DNA of 64,000 nt from a virus. Lineage: Duplodnaviria > Heunggongvirae > Uroviricota > Caudoviricetes. Under the pieces are notes generated by a model. That model was given only the letters and a program-made list of their open reading frames with translations. It had not been told where the DNA came from and searched no databases. Positions 18,901 to 26,600 of the stretch are shown one piece after another; the first letter of the stretch is position 1, and every line of letters starts with the position of its first letter. The DNA lies in the IMG/VR virus record IMGVR_UViG_3300017722_002988, positions 3,760 to 67,759 of that record; one strand, given 5' to 3'. The position numbers and the translations under genes were made by a program.

Positions 18901-20154
18901 TCTCTAACTGTGCCATGGGCCGCGTATGACTTTACGTCGGCAGACCTTAGCGGTGTTGGGGCTGGTGTTCGTTGTCGCATTGGCGCTGTGTCTGAGGCCG
19001 CGTCCGGGGCCAACACAAAGATCAGTTTCTTCACGGCGCCTACGACCGCCGGGACCATGGTTGAACAGATGACCATTGGATCTCAGGGTCCAATCACGTT
19101 TACATCATCGACTGTCACTGCGGCTGGTAACGCTGTCTGGCACGCCGGCAATGACGGCGCTGCCTCCACGCTTGATGCGGACCTGCTTGATGGTCAACAC
19201 GGATCATATTATCAAAACGCTGGTAACCTAAACGCAGGGACCATTTTGGCTGCACGTATGCCGGCGCTGACGGGCGATATTACTACTTCCGCTGGTGCTG
19301 TCGCAACAACACTTGCAACCGTTAACGGAAACGTTGGGTCCTTTGGATCTGCCACTGCCGCGGCAACGTTTACTGTCAATGCCAAGGGTTTGATCACCGC
19401 CGCCGGTAGCACCACTGTCACTCCCGCTTGGTCATCAATCACGTCTAAGCCAACCACACTATCTGGCTACGCTATCACAGATGCTATGCCACTATCAGGC
19501 GGAAACTTTACTGGCAACATTGGTATTGTCAAAGCGTCCCCTTCTATTACAATCAACGATACAACGTATGTAGATCCATCACCGCTTGGCCTGTTCCGCA
19601 TTTACTCAGCCTCCGCAAATCTTTACATTACGCGTAACACGTCTACTAATCGCAGCTATGGTACCGAGTCTTCTACTGTAGCCATCTCCAGTAGCACTGG
19701 GGTGTGGAACTTTACTTCTGCGCCTCTTGTTAGCAGTAGCACTATGTGGCACGCCGGTAATGATGGCGCTGGCTCTACATTAGATGCTGATTTGCTAGAC
19801 GGTCAGCAAGGTGCGTGGTATGCACCTATCGGATCGCCAACGTTCACTGGCACAGTGACTATGCCGGCTTTCAGTGTTACGTCCGATCAAAGGCTGAAAA
19901 CCTCCATTGAACCGCTGCAGGGATACGGCGAATTCCTAGATGCAACCAAGATTTATTCGTTCATTAAAGATGGCAAACATCAGTTCGGTGTTCTTGCTCA
20001 CGAGGCTCAAGAAGTTCGTCCTGAGCTTGTTAGCACTGTTCCGCACGATGAGTTTGGCGAAGTAATGGCCGTGAACCCAATGGATTACCTCTTTGCACTC
20101 GTCGCCGAAGTTCAAGATCTCAGGAAGCGCGTCGCACAGCTGGAGGGTAAATAA
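12907..20154 (+). CDS. Long tail fibre protein (2415 aa) with C-terminal peptidase S74-like intramolecular chaperone (TTG start)
   Basis: Nine (D/N)ADL(L/F)DG knot motifs, several preceded by WHAGNDG; (G/N)xVGIGT repeats; 'SPALTGTPTAPT..TNTTQIATTAFV' fibre repeat; C-terminal 'TSDQRLKTSIEPL...FGVLAHEAQEVRPELV'. Confidence 0.9.
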   Translation: MANAYQLISIEQVDGLAAALEAASNTPAEILASLLTVDGPGSGLNADLLDGYNSTDFVFTSSYTAADVLAKLITVDGSGSGLDADLFDGYNSDAFPRKAETATISGSWSFSTGYIHGIGTTARLDLDDNFGASLVYGTSRLAIGGPLIFYISSIEKLRINTNDVAFHSGTITANGNSIWHAGNDGAASGLDADLLDGQHGSYYFPVSGGSFTGNISIVKASPSITINDTTYVNPSALGLFRIYSAAGNLYFTRNTSTARDYATESSILNMNSSTGVVAFTSGPFVGANQIWHAGNDGTGSTLDADLLDGQEGSYYRDAGNLNAGTILAARMPAHTGDVTSSAASVALTLATVNGNVGSFGSATATSTFTVNAKGLITAAGSTTITPAWGSITSVPAGVTSLAALTGAGVVTATSTGVLAMRSIGVAGSTEIPDRAAADSRYLTLSGGTLAGYLVLHADPASAMQAATKQYVDTVASGLSPKAAVRAATTVAGGNITLSGTQTIDGVAVIAGNRVLVKDQTSSLQNGIYVCAAGAWSRATDADSWAELVSAFVFVEEGTNNADTGWTCTVNSGGTLGTTAVTWVQFSGSATFTASTGITKVGSDFQLTGQALALHNLATNGSIHRTGSGTYASRTLTAPAAGITVTNGDGVAGNPTLVLANDLAAVEGLATTGIVRRTSTDTWSASALVNADLPASGVTASTYRSVTVNAQGIITGGTNPTTISGYGITDAVARASFAVSPNSSMAAIDSRAITNPTTGLGYSGGGRFRFSALNDDNTTPYADVIDLSTYTDSSGGGFNALYFSKSSHLLKHKFAVAGATSWDTKTVAYTDSNITGNTTGSAGSLANGRTISITGDLTWTSPSFNGTSNITAAGTLATVNGNVGSFGSATAATIFTVNAKGLITAASSATITPAWSSITSKPTTLSGYSVTAADVLSTLLTVDGASSALDADLLDGRHGSQFVMLGGTGTNADATMDSAFWTDNGQVGIAYISGGTNFPNSQTAGGAYTFKNFVGASNSAYSRAFQFFKGSGDTSLYMRGFDSGGVGNAWGKIWTDVNDGAGSTLDADLLDGQQGSYYQDAGNLNAGTILAARMPALTGDITTSAGAVATTLATVNGNVGSFGSATAATIFTVNAKGLITAASSATITPAWSSITSKPTTISGYGITDAVLKTGDTMSGKLGINSSALGGNALDVYTASAGSIAVFQSNAPAAGNTLIALNQGGSTVTGSLYGLKASLSCTSEAMLTMQQNGAGAAILEALVLGAGDAASRYLINGGQAWTVGLDNSDSDKFKISGSGTLGTTDRLTIDTSGLVGIGTTTPSSLLHLRAASAPTVRLENDTATSTSAYQFYSGSTLEGAISHYAQTAALTISSGRSVAWGGHIILATDTVEKMRITSTGLVGIGTSAPFSRLHLSTSSAVDGMTLGSPTGVGLTVSNADPAYGLNMGTHGSGRSWIQASRVDGTATAYDLSLQASGGSVGIGIAAPSHKLHVRGEGDVRVYVEDDNTNGRGGYLRSVTGGAVTLGTSSGVRDLVFAPDNTERMRILTTGNVGIGTASPATALDVAGTITSTGGNFETTNGGDRSITLRSSTSYNWQLRSTGDHFQIREASDAAKIRLAITYPNGYVGIGTASPGSVLELFNAATFNARTSGLNVHRPSSYGQYGSMAYDGDTTYFSSTYTGGGAGVYGAFRFWAYDSTSTPVDRFRIASNGDVCFGSTAPTQKFGVDVSREQVFGVDTLGYVTMPHADASGFSALKAASGRGLRLMSGSSTLVSMPSSLASTLVLGYAALQIGDSSGSGTPIRLFSIGASDLVLRGGDGDVSRTADVIVTVKNNVEVARFADTGVVSFANTSVTAAGNAMWHAGNDGAASGLDADLLDGVQGASYALLASPALTGTPTAPTAAAATNTTQIATTAFVTTADNLKANLASPTFTGTPAAPTAAALTNTTQIATTAFVTTADNLKANIAAPSFTGNGVITSSSGGTATITFTISDTHTATQSLTVPWAAYDFTSADLSGVGAGVRCRIGAVSEAASGANTKISFFTAPTTAGTMVEQMTIGSQGPITFTSSTVTAAGNAVWHAGNDGAASTLDADLLDGQHGSYYQNAGNLNAGTILAARMPALTGDITTSAGAVATTLATVNGNVGSFGSATAAATFTVNAKGLITAAGSTTVTPAWSSITSKPTTLSGYAITDAMPLSGGNFTGNIGIVKASPSITINDTTYVDPSPLGLFRIYSASANLYITRNTSTNRSYGTESSTVAISSSTGVWNFTSAPLVSSSTMWHAGNDGAGSTLDADLLDGQQGAWYAPIGSPTFTGTVTMPAFSVTSDQRLKTSIEPLQGYGEFLDATKIYSFIKDGKHQFGVLAHEAQEVRPELVSTVPHDEFGEVMAVNPMDYLFALVAEVQDLRKRVAQLEGK
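13555..13598 (+). repeat. 44-nt perfect direct repeat, copy 1 (copy 2 at 19525-19568)
   Basis: attgtcaaagcgtccccttctattacaatcaacgatacaacgta is identical at both sites, 5970 nt apart (in frame). Confidence 0.9.
15559..15599 (+). repeat. 41-nt perfect direct repeat, copy 1 (copy 2 at 16267-16307)
   Basis: tttggatccgctaccgctgctacgatctttactgtcaatgc is identical at both sites, 708 nt apart; related copies near 13980 and 19340. Confidence 0.85.
19525..19568 (+). repeat. 44-nt perfect direct repeat, copy 2
   Basis: Identical to 13555-13598. Confidence 0.9.
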
Positions 20155-20768
20155 TGCCTATTCCAACCCCGGCTTTCACGTCAGGCGATGTGGCTACGGA
20201 ATGCCAACTAACACCTCCTTGGGGATCAGCTCACGCAAACATTCTAGCGACGCTATTGGACGGAGCTTTGCCTTACACATCCGCCGAGTTGGCCGGTCGG
20301 ACCTTTGCAGACTATGTTCCGTCTGCTATGGATTGGGCTAACATTACGGCGGTTGATGATGGCACAGACACGGGTAATTCAACATACGCTGAAAATGCAA
20401 ATAACACTCTGGCCGGAATTAATCAAACTCTCACTCTTGAAATTTCTGTGCCTAGCTTTGAAGTCAACTGTACTGGTGCGGGGAGCCCTAGCGTTGATGG
20501 CAACCTAGATATTATTAAGAATGGTTCTGTAGTTGCGACCTTGAATAAAACTAGGTCCTCGGCAGGTAGCACAACCTCGGCGGCCTCGACTACCATCACC
20601 GTTGTGTCAGGTGACACACTTAGGTTTGCCACCTATTGCACGGTTTCAACTATTTTTGGAGTTGCGTCCGGTGGCGGCGGAGGTACTGTGTCTGTAATCA
20701 ACCAATCGTCGAGCAACACGGTGCTAGACACCTTTGTGTTCTCAATGGCTGCCACCATTACCTTATAA
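20154..20768 (+). CDS. Putative tail-fibre tip adhesin (gp38-like N-terminal attachment region)
   Basis: Coupled (TAATG) to the fibre gene. N-terminus 'MPIPTPAFTSGDVATE...LPYTSAELAGRT' resembles gp38-type attachment domains; beta-rich C-terminal domain. Confidence 0.5.
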   Translation: MPIPTPAFTSGDVATECQLTPPWGSAHANILATLLDGALPYTSAELAGRTFADYVPSAMDWANITAVDDGTDTGNSTYAENANNTLAGINQTLTLEISVPSFEVNCTGAGSPSVDGNLDIIKNGSVVATLNKTRSSAGSTTSAASTTITVVSGDTLRFATYCTVSTIFGVASGGGGGTVSVINQSSSNTVLDTFVFSMAATITL

Positions 20769-20773
20769 CGACT

Positions 20774-20781
20774 AATAAATA
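20774..20781 (+). promoter_or_regulatory. T4-like late promoter variant AATAAATA
   Basis: Intergenic, about 20 nt upstream of ORF 20802. Confidence 0.6.
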
Positions 20782-20801
20782 CAGTGAGAAGGAGATAATG
20801 A

Positions 20802-21152
20802 ATGACCGAACCTGTACTTGACTACGAAATCCTAGAAAGAAGCGGCAACAGCCTTCAGGTCAAATTCCTGAATCCCCTTTGGGAAGCAGGCAACGTTGTC
20901 GATGAAGAATACGAAGCTGAGAACGAAGATGGTGAAACCGTCACGTTAACTCGAGAGCGAGATGACAACATTCATAAAAATTTCGTGAAGACTATCAACA
21001 TTCCTCTGCTAGAGGATGGCACAGCTGACAGGGACACTCTGAAGGAAATCATTGTGGCCCAAGCAAACGGAGTCAAGGCCCGCATGGAGGCGATTATCGT
21101 TGTCGCTCCTGATGAAACTGATCTGGACGACCTAATTGGGGCTAGCCTCTAA
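20802..21152 (+). CDS. Hypothetical acidic protein (possible fibre assembly factor)
   Basis: Strong RBS GAAGGAG; location next to fibre genes. Confidence 0.6.
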   Translation: MTEPVLDYEILERSGNSLQVKFLNPLWEAGNVVDEEYEAENEDGETVTLTRERDDNIHKNFVKTINIPLLEDGTADRDTLKEIIVAQANGVKARMEAIIVVAPDETDLDDLIGASL

Positions 21153-21535
21153 TGGGATTTCTGCTGAGCATTGGCGGATGGATCTTAAAAAATCCAGTTC
21201 CGGTCATGGTCGCTCTTGCTGTGGCCTTGTTCGCGTATACGTGGAATGAGAACAAGAACCTCAAAGACGAAAACAAAGAGATGGCTGCCGCAGTGCAAAC
21301 CCTAGAGGAAGAAGCAGCGACCACTAAAGAAAACCTAGGCCGCATCGACGACCTTCAGAATGAAATTGCCCGAGTTCGCAACAACCAAGGCAGAGTAAGG
21401 AACACCATCAATGAAATCCCAGCAAATGAAGACGATAGGCCGTTTGTCGCTAATCCTGGCCTGCTCGATCGCATTGACGTCATGCGAGACCATCAACAGT
21501 CTGTTCCGAGACAGGACGCCGCCAGCGATCAGTGA
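21152..21535 (+). CDS. Inner-membrane spanin (Rz-like)
   Basis: N-terminal hydrophobic segment 'PVPVMVALAVALFAYTW' followed by a long coiled coil; 3' end overlaps an out-of-frame lipoprotein gene. Confidence 0.7.
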   Translation: MGFLLSIGGWILKNPVPVMVALAVALFAYTWNENKNLKDENKEMAAAVQTLEEEAATTKENLGRIDDLQNEIARVRNNQGRVRNTINEIPANEDDRPFVANPGLLDRIDVMRDHQQSVPRQDAASDQ

Positions 21536-21779
21536 TTCGTTCGTAATCACCGATGAACTGTTTAACTGCGGACCACGCCCAAGTGATTGGCCTTCTAGAG
21601 AAGAGCTTCTGAATTCTGGTACTGCCGGAGTCGTTGATTTGGCCAATGAGTACTGGTTCTGGGGCATGCGCTGTGAAGACCAGCTTCGCCTGGTTCAGCT
21701 GTACGTTAACTGCAACAAGGATGACAAGGACGCCTGTAAGGCGATCGAAGCCATCAAAGAAGAGACCGCCGCCGAATAA
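21426..21779 (+). CDS. Outer-membrane spanin lipoprotein (Rz1-like); likely start at second Met (21426)
   Basis: MKTIGRLSLILACSIALTS-C signal peptide with lipobox; Pro-containing mature region; additional Cys residues; 110-nt overlap with the Rz-like gene. Confidence 0.7.
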   Translation: MKTIGRLSLILACSIALTSCETINSLFRDRTPPAISDSFVITDELFNCGPRPSDWPSREELLNSGTAGVVDLANEYWFWGMRCEDQLRLVQLYVNCNKDDKDACKAIEAIKEETAAE

Positions 21780-21782
21780 ATA
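21775..21782 (+). promoter_or_regulatory. T4-like late promoter variant AATAAATA
   Basis: Overlaps the stop of the spanin gene, about 30 nt upstream of ORF 21811. Confidence 0.55.
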
Positions 21783-21810
21783 GGCCATACGTCTATCATA
21801 GGAATAAGTA

Positions 21811-23628
21811 ATGGCCGATCAAAAAGACTTCGTAGTCAGAAGTGGTATAGTCGTTCCAAACAACTCTACGTTTGGTGCGAACGTTGCTGTTACGAATAGA
21901 GTAACAACCAACGCCCTTGTGACCACTTCGGCCGTTGCAAATACTGTTGCAGCCAACTCGACAACATCGAACACCCTAACCGTCTTGGTATCTGCTAACG
22001 TGGCCGTTGCCAACGTTGGTACGGTAAACGCCAATATTGCAAACCTAGTTGTTCTTGCTTCCAACGCAGCGACTATCAACGTTCTCACCGGTACGACTGG
22101 TTCGATTGTTGGTCTCGGCGCCAACATTCTTACCGTAAACACAGGAACGATTCAGACTTTGGTCGCCATCAGCGCCAATGCGGTCACCCTCTCTTCGAAC
22201 GCTGCAACTGTCAACGTTCTTACGGCCACGACTGGTTCGATTGTCGGTCTTGGTGCAAACGTTCTCACCGTTAACACTGCTACGGTTCAGACTCTCGTTG
22301 CCATCAGCGCCAACGCGGTTACGCTCACTTCAAACCAAGCCACGATTACTAACGGTACGGTCACAACCCTGACCTCGACGACTGGTTCCGTTGTCAACCT
22401 TGGCGCCAACGTTCTCACCGTCAACACCGCCACGGTACAAGTCCTCACTGCCATTAGCGCCAACGCCGTCACACTTACGTCTAACCAGGCCACGATCACT
22501 AACGGTACGGTCACAACCCTCACCTCGACCACCGGATCGGTTGTTAACCTCGGCGCAAACGTTCTCACGGTCAACACGGGCTCTGTCAGCACGCTTACCG
22601 TGGTCACCGGCACGGTCACAACCCTGACATCTGTCACTGGCACGATTACTAATCTTACCAGTGACACTGGTACGGTCAACACACTGACATCGGCAAACGG
22701 TACGATCACTAGGCTGACTACTAATGCTGCAACCATCAACGTTGCTACAGTCACCACGCTGAATGCGACCACAGGGTCTGTTGTTAACCTCGGCGCAAAC
22801 GTTCTCACGGTCAACACGGCTACGATTCAGAATCTGACTGCTCCCACACAAACCGTTACTACACTAACGGCGACTACAGGAACTATCACTAACCTGACGG
22901 CTACGGTTGGTGCAGCGAATACTCTTGGCGCCAACGTCTTCACTGCCAACGCTGCCACGATCCAATCGTTGGTTGCTATTACTGGAAACGTAGTTACTTT
23001 CACATCCAACCTGGCTACCGCTAACGTCTTGAACGCTACGACTAGCACAATCACAACGCTAGGTGCTACCACCCTGACTGTTGCCACGGGTACTGCAAAT
23101 ACTCTCGGCGCTAATACATTTACGTCTAACACCTCGACTGTAGCGAATCTAAACTCAAACACCATTGTAGCAAACACGGCGACTATTAAAACACTCGGCG
23201 CGAACACTGTCACGATGAACACACTGACTGTTGGCGATCTGACAGTTACAGGTAGCTCCAGCCTAACCATCGCACAAGGTCAGGTCTTCAGAGGATATAG
23301 AGAATACGTCGATGTTAGAACTGGTGTCTCCGGCGCTACTAACATGGACTTGTTGAACAGCAACATTTTCAACTTCACGCTGTCTGGAAACACTACGCTG
23401 ACTGTGTCCAACGTCCCTTCGACTGGTGTTTCTACTGCGTTTACGCTATTGGTGAAACAGCCAGCTGGCGGCAATGCCGCTATTACTTGGCCAACAGGAA
23501 CTGTTTGGTCTGAAGGCGTTGCGCCCGTACAATCGCTTGGCGCTAACCAAACCGATGTCTTTACGTTCTGGACCGTCGATGGCGGGGTCATGTGGATCGG
23601 TGCACACTCATTTGCCAATGTTTCTTAA
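21811..23628 (+). CDS. Thr/Asn/Val-rich pentad-repeat fibre-like protein with a C-terminal fibre-type domain
   Basis: About 430 aa of 5-residue periodic beta sequence (e.g. TVTTL TSTTG SVVNL GANVL TVNTA); C-terminal 'DLLNSNIFNFTLSGNTTL...FTLLVKQ...ITWP...TDVFTFWTVDGG' domain. Confidence 0.75.
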   Translation: MADQKDFVVRSGIVVPNNSTFGANVAVTNRVTTNALVTTSAVANTVAANSTTSNTLTVLVSANVAVANVGTVNANIANLVVLASNAATINVLTGTTGSIVGLGANILTVNTGTIQTLVAISANAVTLSSNAATVNVLTATTGSIVGLGANVLTVNTATVQTLVAISANAVTLTSNQATITNGTVTTLTSTTGSVVNLGANVLTVNTATVQVLTAISANAVTLTSNQATITNGTVTTLTSTTGSVVNLGANVLTVNTGSVSTLTVVTGTVTTLTSVTGTITNLTSDTGTVNTLTSANGTITRLTTNAATINVATVTTLNATTGSVVNLGANVLTVNTATIQNLTAPTQTVTTLTATTGTITNLTATVGAANTLGANVFTANAATIQSLVAITGNVVTFTSNLATANVLNATTSTITTLGATTLTVATGTANTLGANTFTSNTSTVANLNSNTIVANTATIKTLGANTVTMNTLTVGDLTVTGSSSLTIAQGQVFRGYREYVDVRTGVSGATNMDLLNSNIFNFTLSGNTTLTVSNVPSTGVSTAFTLLVKQPAGGNAAITWPTGTVWSEGVAPVQSLGANQTDVFTFWTVDGGVMWIGAHSFANVS

Positions 23629-23640
23629 GGTAGAATCGCC

Positions 23641-26600
23641 ATGCCAATAGGTGCATCACACCGATTCATCCAAAAGAAAAGTATCGTAGAAGCAGGAAGC
23701 TCGAGCTTCAATGCTTCTGGTACGTTTACCCCTAAATTTGGAGTGATCAAAGCGACTGTCGCCGGCCGAGCTGGGTCTGGATACCCAGGCACGTCCGGCG
23801 CCGCAGGAAACCCAGGCAACGCGGGTTCAGCCGGCAATCCAGGAAACCCAGGCAATAACGGTCTCGGCGGACCTGCTGGTATTGCTGGAACAGCCGGTGC
23901 TGCAGGAAACCCAGGCAACGCTGGAACATCTGGAAACCCAGGTAATACAGGAACAAACGGAGCAGCTGGCCCAGGAGGAGCTGCCGGAACTGGAGGATCT
24001 GCTGGTAACGCAGGAACTGCTGGTGGTTCCGGCAACCCTGGAAACCCAGGAACTGCTGGTAACGCAGGGCCAGGTGGAGCCGCGGGTACGGCCGGAAACG
24101 CTGGAGGCACCGGCAACCGTGGAACCGGAGGAAACCCTGGAAACCCAGGAACAAACGGCGCAGCTGGACCAGGTGGAGCTGGCGGAACTGCCGGATCTGC
24201 TGGAAACGTTGGCGGTTCTGGTAACCCAGGAAACCCTGGAAACCCAGGCAATAACGGCCTTGCTGGACCTGGCGGCGCAGGTGGAAACGCCGGTGCTGCA
24301 GGAAATGCTGGAAACGTTGGTGCTTCTGGGAACCCTGGAAACCCAGGCAATAACGGCCTTGCTGGACCTGGCGGCGCAGGTGGAAACGCTGGTGCTGCAG
24401 GAAATGCTGGAGCAGTAGGTAATGCCGGCAACCCTGGAAACCCAGGTTCTAACGGCGTCGGTGGACCAGGCGGTGTCGGCGGAAACCCAGGTGCCGCCGG
24501 TAATGCTGGAAACGTCGGTGCGTCCGGCAACCCTGGAAACCCAGGAACGAACGGATCAGCCGGAACTGGCGGAGCGGGCGGTCCAGCAGGAGCATCTGGA
24601 AACCCAGGAAACCCAGGCCAACAAGGTGGCCCTGGCGGCGGCGGAGGGGGTGGCGGCGCCTTCGATGAAACTCTAACATATAGCGGAACTCCTGGGGCCG
24701 CTGGTCAAGGTGGCTTCAAAACAGGAGCTGCTACTGGCGGATCTGGCGGCCCAGGCGGAAACGCTACACCTTCATCTGCCAACGTCGGCACTCCTGGAAG
24801 CCCTGGTTCTGCGGGCGCTTCTGGTAACCCAGGAAACCCAGGCGCGGCAGGAAATGCTGGATCGCCTGGAAACCCAGGAACGTCGGGTGTAGCCGGCAAT
24901 GCTGGATCGACAGGCGCTACCGGTAACGCTGGAACTGGCGCAACCGCCGGCGGACCAGGCGGAGCAGCACCTAACACATGGCCTGGTTCCGCCGGCGCGG
25001 CAGGAACTGCTGGTAACGCAGGAACCACTGGTAACGCGGGAACTGGAGCTACCCCGGGTGGCGCAGGCGGAAACGCTCCGGCAAACTGGACTGGTAAGAG
25101 TGGCGCTGTAGGAACAGCCGGAAACACAGGTGCTGCAGGTAATGCTGGAATCGGAGCTACTTCTGGCGGAACTGGCTCGGCGGCTCCTGCAAACTGGACC
25201 GGTAAGACTGGATCTCCCGGTAACGCTGGAACTGCTGGTAACGTTGGCACCTCTGGAACCGGAGCTACATCCGGTAACCCTGGAAGTGCTTCTCCTGCAT
25301 CATGGCCAGATTCGGCTGGTGTTGCTGGTAACCCAGGCACGGGCGGGGCTGCAGGTAACGCAGGAAATCCAGGCGGATCCGGCGGAGCCGGTGGAGCCGC
25401 ACCTAATACATGGCCCGGTTCAGCCGGAGCAGCAGGAACTGCTGGTAACGTCGGAGCCTCTGGTTCCGCTGGTACTGGCGCAACTGCAGGAAATCCTGGG
25501 GGTGCTGCTCCTGCCAACTGGCCCGGTTCTGCCGGAGCAGCTGGCAACCCGGGTAACGCAGGATCATCCGGTAATGCTGGTACCGGTGCAACGCCTGGTG
25601 GACCAGGCGGAGCAGCTCCTGCTAGTTGGTCTGGATCTGCTGGTGCTGCTGGTGCTGCTGGAAATACCGGTGCAGCAGGTAATGCAGGGACGCCAGGAGC
25701 GGCTGGAAGCGCAGGAGCACCGGGTGGAAGTACTCTATTCAGTCTAGGTGAAACTACAATCCTAGTATTCACTGGAACTGCTGGCGGTGCTGCAGGAAAT
25801 GGTGGAAGTGGCGGAACTGCTGGGCCTGGCGGTGCTGCAGGAAACGCTGGCGCTGCCGGAAACCCAGGTTCACAAGGAACATCTGGAAATGCCGGTAACC
25901 CAGGATCTAACGGTGTTGGTGGCCCCGGCGGTGTGGCAGGAACTGGCGGATCAGCAGGAAACCCAGGCTCACAAGGATTCTCCGGCAACCCAGGAAATGC
26001 TGGCACTAACGGTGCGGCAGGGCCGGGCGGTGCTGCAGGAACCGCGGGTGCTGCAGGAAACCCAGGCAACGCGGGTTCGGCCGGTAATCCAGGAAACCCA
26101 GGAACCGCTGGTGTTGGTGGACCCGCAGGAAACGTCGGAGCCGCTGGTGCCGCAGGAAACCCAGGCAACAGAGGATTCTCCGGCAACGCAGGAAACCCAG
26201 GAACTAACGGACCCGGTGGAGCCGCTGGCTCTGCCGGCGGCGCGGGTGCTGCAGGAAACCCAGGCAACGCGGGTTCATCTGGTAATCCAGGAAATCCAGG
26301 CAATAACGGACTGGCTGGTCCAGGCGGCGCAGCCGGAACGGCTGGTGCTGCAGGAAACGCTGGAACCGCTGGTGGTGCCGGTAATCCAGGAAACCCAGGA
26401 TCCAATGGCGCTGGCGGACCAGGCGGTGTAGCAGGAAACGCTGGTGGTGCTGGTAACGCAGGAAATGTCGGATCTGCAGGTAACGCAGGAAACACAGGAA
26501 CAAATGGACTTGCTGGCCCAGGTGGAGCCGCGGGAACAGCTGGATCTGCAGGAAATGCTGGTAACCCAGGATCATCTGGAAACGCCGGAACGGGTGGTAA

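Noticed and set aside
21819-23618. Minus-strand Val-rich ORFs over the Thr-rich gene
   Set aside because: Antisense of ACN/AAC codons gives stop-poor frames; not independent genes.
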